This document shows positions 55,716 to 64,000 of a stretch of 64,000 nucleotides of DNA, one piece after another. How positions within the stretch are numbered: the first letter of the stretch is position 1; each line of letters starts with the position of its first letter. The notes beneath the pieces are model-generated. The model did no database searches, had not been told where the DNA came from, and saw nothing but the letters and a program-made list of their open reading frames with translations. The stretch comes from Octopus sinensis (lineage: Eukaryota): positions 51,956,001 through 52,020,000 of the forward strand of contig NC_043015.1 of NCBI RefSeq assembly GCF_006345805.1. Reading direction: 5' to 3'. The position numbers and the translations under genes were made by a program.

Positions 55716-57364
55716 GCATTCATTATAATAGGGCAATATAGAAGTAAGTCACTTGCATACAAGAAATTCATAAGAACACACAATAGGCTACGGTCTGCAG
55801 GCAATACACCAACAGCTATAAAAAGGCATTCTGGTGCAGCAAAGTGCTTCACTCTTCTAGAAATATCTGTGTACTGCAGCAATGAATACTTGCGTACAAG
55901 GAGTGCACATGCAGCATTCCAACATTCACACATTTATAGGCACAGGCATGGTTGTGTAGTTATGTAGCTAGTTTTACAACCGCATGGTTTCGGGTTCAGT
56001 ACCGTTGTGCAGCGTCATAGACAAATGCCTTCTATAGCTGTGGGGCGAACAATGCTTCATGAGTGAATCCCATAGGAAACTGTCGTATATTTGAGCAGGC
56101 GTTTATGTGTTATTGTTCTTGCATGTGTTATTACGGCCATGTGCTATTGTTCTTGCGTGAGTGTATTTCTCTTGCATTGATATGAGGAAGTTACACGAAA
56201 TGTAAACATCTCCGTTACAATCATAACGAATCGGGCGCTTGCAGCTGCTTTGTACGTGACAAAATCATTTGACCCTCTACGCTCCTTTCTTTTGGTGTGA
56301 ACCGCCATCTAAAGTAAGGTATGTAGTTATTGGTAGACAAAGATAACAGTAACATATGTGTCAACCTATTTCCTATGAATGGATTTCAACCACACATGTC
56401 TTATCAGATACGCGACAGTTATATTTAAATTTTAACAGAAAGATAGCGGCAATACCCTTAATACGTATCATCCTTTACCATTATACACCTGTCATTGAAG
56501 GGATTAACTCAGGTGGAAATCTAATACATTCGTTATCTCTTGTCGGCATGCATCGTTACCATTTTAAGCCTCGCTACCAATATAAACTAAGTCATTCTTT
56601 GTTCCTTGTTGAATATTTCGTAATCGTGTCACAGGATTATAGTATGTCACGTGTTAAACATAACGGGGGTGATTTATTAAAGTTATTGACCAAAGAGTAT
56701 CGGATGATATTCTAATAAGAACTAAGGATGATATACATCAGGATTAAGGCTCTGCAAATATTCACAGCTTATTAGTAATCTTGAAATATTTACCAACATA
56801 TTATTTGATGTTACATTCAATATAAGGTTTGATTCTAAACAGGCAAATATAAGTATATGCATTAGCTTATAAGCAGAATATCTCAAAGTACTTAGTAAAT
56901 ACAATTCTTAAATGTAGAACTAGCGATTTTTTATATTTCTTCCTTGTTGTTCCTTTTTTTTTTGCTTTATTCTCTATTCTTTAAACAATGAAAAGAATTA
57001 GGACATTTCTGCTATTGTGTTTAATGACTAATTTGAAGAATGGATAATGGAATTGTCAGAAAACCTAATGTTGACATGAATAGGGGTCAGTTGAAACGGA
57101 ACAAAGGAACACTGGTGGAATAAATACAAAGAAGATAATTAAGGAAATCAATAAAACAATTCTTCTCAGATTCTCAAATGAAGAAGAAACTCTGGAACTA
57201 AAAGAACGAGATTCTAAATAACAGAAACCAACATATTAATGCGTGGTGAGGGATTTAAATGTAAAAATATGTAAATTCATGCTAGCCACAAGAATACATT
57301 TATCCAATGCACTTGGTTTCGTAAATGCATCTCCTTACTTATGTATGTATGCATGGCACGTTCA

Positions 57365-57414
<50 letters not shown>

Positions 57415-57422
57415 GTATATAT

Positions 57423-57474
<52 letters not shown>

Positions 57475-57750
57475 CTATATATATAGCAATTAAGGACAAC
57501 TACTTAATAAGGAAAACTTAACAAGAAATTGTCAGGTAGATAGCGTAAAAACCTCATAAGAGAAAAAATTTCGAAAATAATTATTTCTTATTGAACATAT
57601 TAATTTATATATAGAGGGCATTATACATACATGCCAGAAGGCATTATACATACATGCCAAACGCTAAGAGGGACAATTAGTCATTTCTACCAAAAATATT
57701 ACTAATCCCACCGAATGCAATTTTTCAAAGTAAGACATTTAAAAAAATAT

Positions 57751-57798
57751 AGACCTGTATCACAGTGATTTCATACTTACGTACTCATCAGCAGGCCT
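57751..57798 (-). ncRNA. Type I hammerhead ribozyme (left arm)
   Basis: Exact reverse complement of 58324-58371. Confidence 0.85.
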
Positions 57799-58323
57799 GA
57801 ATGTATTATAATAAACAACGACCCTGCCCCGCTTAAGCCGATCAGCTAACTGCTCAACATCAACGAAGCACATGGGTGAGTTTACATATATTACATCCGG
57901 ATAAATGGCAAACTTTTACGAATTGCATTTCGGGAGAGGAAAAGTTTTTTCGGAATAAAAATTTAGCAATTAAGGACAACTACTTAATAAGGAAAACTTA
58001 ACAAGAAATTGTCAGGTAGATAGCGTAAAAACCTCATAAGAGAAAAAATTTCGAAAATAATTATTTCTTATTGAACATCTCTTATGAGGTTTTTACGCTA
58101 TCTACCTGACAATTTCTTGTTAAGTTTTCCTTATTAAGTAGTTGTCCTTAATTGCTAAATTTTTATTCCGAAAAAACTTTTCCACTCCCGAAATGCAATT
58201 CGTAAAAGTTTGCCATTTATCCGGATGTAATATATGTAAACTCACCCATGTGCTTCGTTGATGTTGAGCAGTTAGCTGATCGGCTTAAGCGGGGCAGGGT
58301 CGTTGTTTATTTATAATACATTC

Positions 58324-58371
58324 AGGCCTGCTGATGAGTACGTAAGTATGAAATCACTGTGATACAGGTCT
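58324..58371 (+). ncRNA. Type I hammerhead ribozyme (right arm), complete core
   Basis: AGGCCTG-CTGATGA-GTAC(GTAA)GTAT-GAAA-TCACTGTGA-T-A-CAGGTCT: 7-bp stem I, 4-bp stem II with GNRA loop, ATCA/TGAT stem III. Cleavage predicted after A58364 (AUA). Confidence 0.85.
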
Positions 58372-58534
58372 ATATTTTTTTAAATGTCTTACTTTGAGAA
58401 ATTGCATTCGGTGGGATTAGTAATATTTTTGGTAGAAATGACTAATTGTCCCTCTTAGCGTTTGGCATGTATGTATAATGCCTTCTGGCATGTATGTATA
58501 ATGCCCTCTATATATATATATATATATATATATA

Positions 58535-58763
58535 CTCTTTTACTCTTTTATTCTTTTACTTGTTTCAGTCATTTGACTGCGGCCATGCTGGAGCACCGCC
58601 TTTAATCGAGCAACTCGACCCCGGGACTTATTCTTTTGTAAGCCCAGTACTTATTCTATCGGTCTCTTTTGCCGAACCGCTAAGTAAGGGGACATAAACA
58701 CACCAGCATCGGTTGTCAAGCAATGCTAGGGGGACAAACACAGACACACAAACACACACACGC

Positions 58764-58799
<36 letters not shown>

Positions 58800-58988
58800 T
58801 ATATATATATTATATATTATATATATATATATACATATATACGACGGACTTCTTTCAGTTTCCGTCTACCAAATCCACCCACGAGGCTATAGTAGAAGAC
58901 ACTTGCCCAAGGTGCCACGCAGTGGGACTGAACCCGGAACCATGTGTTTGGTAAACAAGCTACTTACCACACAGCCACTCCTGCGCCT
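58535..58988 (-). mobile_element. Family B SINE, full length
   Basis: Near-consensus head GGCGCAGGAGTGGCTGTGTGGTAAGTAGCTTG to tail ...GACTGAAACAAGTAAAAGAATAAAAGAGTAAAAGAG. Confidence 0.9.
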
Positions 58989-59040
58989 ATATATATATAT
59001 ATGACAAACTTATTCCAACTAAACTAAATTGTGAATATAT

Positions 59041-59298
59041 ATATTATTTAAAAGAGCAGAAATTTAACAAAAGCTCTTACTCGGAGTTTCAGGTTCCCGT
59101 TCGTCGGACAGTTTTGTTAAAATTGGAGCAATTTCTAGCCAAAATTATTGGATTGGTGCATAATTATTGCGGCTTTGTTTTCAACGAATTTTAATAAACA
59201 AAAAAAATAACATGTATTGCAAAAACGTCTTAAAATGAGAATGGGACCGTGAAACTCCGAGTAACAGCTTTTGTTAAATTTCTGGTGCTTTTAATAAA

Positions 59299-59301
<3 letters not shown>
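59041..59301. mobile_element. MITE with ~60-bp TIRs in (TA)n, containing a mariner-TIR-like fragment
   Basis: CAGAAATTTAACAAAAGCTCTTACTCGGAGTTTCAGGTTCCCGTTC versus GAATGGGACCGTGAAACTCCGAGTAACAGCTTTTGTTAAATTTCTG. Internal TATTGGATTGGTGCATAATTATTGCGG at 59146. Confidence 0.75.
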
Positions 59302-59371
<70 letters not shown>

Positions 59372-59680
59372 ATGATAAAATAGGGTAATAATAAATTATT
59401 ACCAGTGGCCTAGCACAAAAAACGAATTCGTCATTAGACTATATATTATTCATATAGAAATACAATAAGAGGCTTCCAAATAGGAAAGCGTTGTGATAGA
59501 ACACAAAAACAAAGGATAATTCACGAAAGAATGAAAATTAAAAACATTTACCATCTCAATTATTTCCAGAGAAAAAGAGACGAAACTATGTGGTTCCTTA
59601 GCTAATTCTTAATTGCACAGCTGCGGCACATGATACATACACTCTCTCTTTCTCTCGATATATATATATGTGTGTGTATA

Positions 59681-59742
<62 letters not shown>

Positions 59743-60118
59743 TTATTTATATATATATATATATTTGTGCATCTGTGTATTTATTTATATATGCATATAT
59801 GTATTTATATATGATATATATGTATATATATGTATGGATGTATCTGTACATACAAATACGCATTACACACAGACGGACAGACAGACAGATAAAAGACTCA
59901 CACACACTCACATATATATATAATAGGATATAAAACAACATAGACGCAAAAACATATGAATTCTTGAAAACGAGACTGTGAAGTAGCAGAAACATCGAAT
60001 ACGAATCTCGAAATTTTATTGTTCTAAAGTAACTGAGGAAAGAAGAAGGATATACGAGTAAAAAAGATAAAACTTGAACACTATCGCCATTTTAATGAAA
60101 CATTGCAAAAACGCCATT

Positions 60119-60163
<45 letters not shown>

Positions 60164-60518
60164 CGTGTGTGTGTGTTCATGTATATTCTACTGTTCTTTG
60201 ATTGGTAGGATAAAAAAATATAGTATTCGATCAAGCGTGAAATAAATATTATTTAAAATAAACAGAATGAAATTTTGAGCTACTATATGTTTCAGGCTCT
60301 GATACTATAAGAGCTGGGCGAACTTGCATTATGTGCCGTGTAGTATTATACATTCTTTCAGCCTCAGAATAAAACATGGCTGCTCTCAGAGAAAGAACGA
60401 GAAAGAATGAGAGAAAACAGTAAATAACAAACGAAACATGATGGTGATAAGTGCTGTGAATATATTTATATATGTGCTTGTATCTGTGAACGAAAAAATA
60501 CATACAGACATATATATG

Positions 60519-60549
<31 letters not shown>

Positions 60550-61064
60550 TATGACAAAATATTTGTTTATCAAATAATTGCAATCAACCGTCAACCATTT
60601 CTTAAGTAATGGCGTGTCTCCTACAGGTGAGCTGCTGCACAGGCAAATGGAATTCTCGTGTAGATTAATGGAAAACGCTGACATTTCAATCCACACACGT
60701 TGACGGTCATCATGCATCTGATTATTGAATATATGACGTTACATTCCTTCTTTCACGAAAGATATGTTCGTTGAATTGGTCTTTCCATTTATCGCTGTGA
60801 GCGAATCAATATATATACGTAAATATATATATGTGTGTGTGTGTGTGAGTGTATATGTGTGTGTGTGTGTATGTATGTATATGTATAAATTCTGGGTGTT
60901 GTGTTTAATGCTTGGTGACATATACATATTTACTAAAAAATGTTCTCATCTTTCTCTTTTCGGTCTCATCTAAATTTCTTTACTAATTTTATTTTTAAAT
61001 TTCGCTCTCTCACCGTCTGTATCTCATTAATGTATTCTTATCCACTCAACCCCCCCTCTCCTTT

Positions 61065-61105
<41 letters not shown>

Positions 61106-61441
61106 TGTTGTGTCTGGTGACAGTAATTTTCTTTTCGTGCCTTATAATTTAACACACTCACCAGTAAAATTTCCACTTATTTCTTATTTTTATTTTCCTA
61201 AAATCTTTGTTGCGTCTTGCAACCTTTCCAATAGGAAATTTTACCGGTTAGTGTGTTACATTATAAGGCACATAAAAGAAAAGTACTCTCTCCAGACACA
61301 ACAGAATATGCTTCAACACACGAACTCTATAAGAATCTTGCAAACCAATTCCAAACCAATATATGTATATATATATGGTGTGTGTGATATATATATATAT
61401 TATAAATATAAAGGGTAATAACATAGCATATCCAGGTTGTA

Positions 61442-61485
<44 letters not shown>

Positions 61486-61628
61486 CTTTATACATCGACC
61501 TTCACACACCCATTTTCACACACGCCAATTCACATGTACTTGCGCGTACATCAACGTTCGTACACTTTCAGGCACATTCTTTGCACACACAAACACACAT
61601 ACACACATTTCTCTTCTCCCGCCCTCCC

Positions 61629-61670
<42 letters not shown>

Positions 61671-62416
61671 CCTCACACACAGATACGCGTACACACACTC
61701 ACTCTCACACACATACTCACACACGCTCTCTTTCAAACGCACATATGCATACATACATTTCTATTATTCCATTTTGTAACCCTGGTTAGAAAATCAATGG
61801 AGACTTTTTTTCAATTTAACAAATCTATTTATTTAGGAAATTGAAACTTCAAAATTTGAAGAGTTTAAAAATGAATTTTTAATAAAGCCACTGAATGTAG
61901 AGCAATCTTTGTATGGCGACTGAACACCAATCTGTCATTGGGGCCAGCTGCCTAGGAATATTTGCATATCTTCTATCAAGTGTGTAGAATCAGTTCTCTT
62001 GAAGAGAATATTGTTTCATAGAATAGAATTATGACACGCAATGAGTGAACACAACCACTTGGCATATCACACACATGCAGATCTGTGATACCACTTAAAA
62101 CCATAATTCTGCTAGCAAAGTGCAATAGAGCAGCGGTAGCGAAATTGAAAAATAACAGCTCCTTGCGATGACAGAGATGGAAGTACTTATGAAAGTATGG
62201 CAAATACGGAAGAAGGAAAAAGGCTATGCATGAATATATGTGTGTGTGCGTGTGTTTGTGTGTGTGTATGTGCGTGTGTGTGCGTGTGTGTATCCTTAGT
62301 TAATCCCCCACCTCAAAAAAATGAAAGAAAACAATACAACAAGAAAAATAAACAACAATGCGAGGACGTCGTACATGCAAAGTATTAAAAGGCGCTCAGG
62401 GAAGGAAAGACAAGTT

Positions 62417-62451
62417 CTTTTACCTTTCGAGCAAAGCTCTTCTTCAGAAAC
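62417..62451 (-). ncRNA. Minimal type I hammerhead motif (core intact, stem III mutated) in a short element (~62320-62520)
   Basis: Minus strand GTTT-CTGAAGA-A-GAGC(TTT)GCTC-GAAA-GG-T-A-AAAG, followed by CCTGAGCGCC...TAATAC. Confidence 0.65.
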
Positions 62452-62641
62452 AGGAGACAGAGGAAGGTCCAAGAAAACGGAAGAGAGAGGGAAAAATCGA
62501 CAACAATCCACATGTAGATACAATATATATATCTGTAAAATAATATGACAATTTACAGATAAATTTCCTCTATTTACATAATATTGAGGTCTCTTTCTTT
62601 CTTTTGTTATCTTACCGTTTTTACCAATAATATATATTATA

Positions 62642-62694
<53 letters not shown>

Positions 62695-63003
62695 ATATGC
62701 AGTGAATAAACTGTCGTCTAAATAACACTGACATCGCATTTTAACAAATATTTTTACCAAAATTACTTCGAAATTACTCCCTATGACACAGGGTAGGGAG
62801 TGAAATAAAGATAGGCATACACACACATAAACTCTCACACACACATATATGTATGTGTGTGTGTGTATATGTATAAACATACATAATACAAAAATAAAAA
62901 TGCATCGATCTGTGTGCGTCCATCGTTCATCCATCCAATATCCATCCATCGATCTATATGTACATACATACATACAAACATATTTTGTCCGCATCTCGCC
63001 CTC

Positions 63004-63310
63004 GGGTATATGGCGTAGTGGTTAAGAGCGCGGGATACTAACTCCCAAGATTCCGAGTTCTATTCCAAGCAGTAACCTGAACAATAACAACAACAACAAT
63101 AACAACAACAACAACAATAATAATAATAATAATAATGATGATGATGATGATAACAATAACATCGAAAAATACCTTAGGAATAAGAACCCAGGTTCGAAAT
63201 TTCCCCAAGACATCTGAAGAAGGCTGGAGGGTATATCAGCCGAAACGTGTTAACAACAAACAAGATGAGGACAAATATCCGTCGAATGTAAGTAATGTAA
63301 ATAATATAAA
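63004..63310 (+). mobile_element. tRNA-headed SINE (family E) with internal trinucleotide microsatellite and a hammerhead-like 3' part
   Basis: A box TGGCGTAGTGG (63011), B-box-like GAGTTCTATTC (63055), (AAC/AAT/GAT)n, then CTGAAGA-A-GGCTG(10 nt)CAGCC-GAAA-CGT at 63214-63248, and an AATGTAA-repeat tail. Confidence 0.75.
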
Positions 63311-63454
63311 TATTCCCAACATGTCATTCGTACATGGTGAGATTTCCTGACCTGTGGTGGTGGCGATAGTGGAATAGGTGTTCAATTTTATGAGCGATTG
63401 AAAGAAATAGTCTTTTCGCGATCGTTTCATACGCAAGAAATACACATTTCTAAT

Positions 63455-63840
63455 ATAAGCACAAGGCCTGGAATTTGTGGGGAGTTGGTAAGTCGATTGC
63501 CTCGACCCAAGTGCTTCATCGGTACTTAATTTATCGACCCCGAAATGATGAAAGACAAAGTCGACCCCGGCGTCAGCCGAACTCAGAACGTAGCGACCGA
63601 CAAAATACCTATTTCTTTACTACCCACAAGGGGCTAAACGCGGAGAGGACAAACACGGACAGACAAACGTATTAAGTCAATCATATCGACCCCGTGCGTA
63701 ACTGTTCCTTAATTTATCGACCCCGAAAGGATGAACGGCAAAGTCGACCTCGGCGGAATTTGAACTCAGAACATAAAGACAGACGAAATACCGCAAAGCG
63801 TTTCGCCCGGCGTGTTAAAGTTTCTGTCAGCTCGCCGCCT
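63455..63840 (-). mobile_element. Family A SINE dimer (head-body-linker-body-tail)
   Basis: Two cores (~63535 and ~63715) joined by the TATTTCTTTACTACCCACAAGGGGCTAAAC linker. Confidence 0.85.
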
Positions 63841-64000
63841 TCATACGCAGGAAATATCAACCAGCACTTACTCAAATTATATCACACTATCTCATAGACA
63901 GAAAACACACAAACGGTAACCTAGTCCTAGATATGCTAATTGAAAACAATTGATAGTGTGTTCACGGCTGGGACACGTTTTATCATGTTATTCCAATCAG

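Larger units (their letters stand above)
57484..58516. mobile_element. Non-coding hammerhead-bearing palindromic element: 480-bp unit, 115-bp terminal redundancy and inverted copy, inserted in (TA)n
   Basis: 57484-57598 is identical to 57964-58078. 57606-58043 is the reverse complement of 58078-58516 (3 differences seen, 34-nt spacer). (TA)n on both flanks. No ORF. Confidence 0.95.

Noticed and set aside
55268-55933. 221-aa minus-strand ORF, and a PFVCLSMDIIG integrase-like snippet on plus
   Set aside because: The ORF runs through a (CT)n tract with no recognisable domain, and the snippet is not followed by the expected integrase D-D-E context.

Overview
AT-rich, microsatellite-saturated animal genomic DNA. 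The SINE families and repeat style point to an octopus or other coleoid cephalopod; this is an inference, not a database result. The window is essentially intronic or intergenic. No host protein-coding gene can be called with confidence, and almost all of the ORF track is simple-repeat artefact. The recognisable content is mobile DNA: about 25 tRNA-headed SINE copies in several modular families, a Helitron Rep remnant, an RTE LINE 3' remnant, two Penelope-like element (PLE) RT/GIY-YIG remnants plus a possible third N-terminal fragment, several MITEs, local tandem duplications and a 100-N gap. The main signal missed by the ORF track is a set of type I hammerhead ribozyme (HHR) motifs. A complete HHR sits in both arms of a near-perfect 438-bp palindrome built from a non-coding 480-bp unit (57484-58516). 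A related HHR lies in a PLE 3' UTR (39130-39171). Three minimal HHRs with co-varying stems lie in short pyrimidine-rich elements (11262, 48472, 62417), and an HHR relic forms the 3' part of a tRNA-headed SINE (63004-63310). Together these suggest PLE-dependent, ribozyme-carrying non-autonomous retroelements inserted at (TA)n tracts. A SINE flanked by a ~240-bp direct repeat and a MITE with an unusual 6-bp target-site duplication (TSD) also stand out. Coordinates were counted by eye, and SINE boundaries are approximate.
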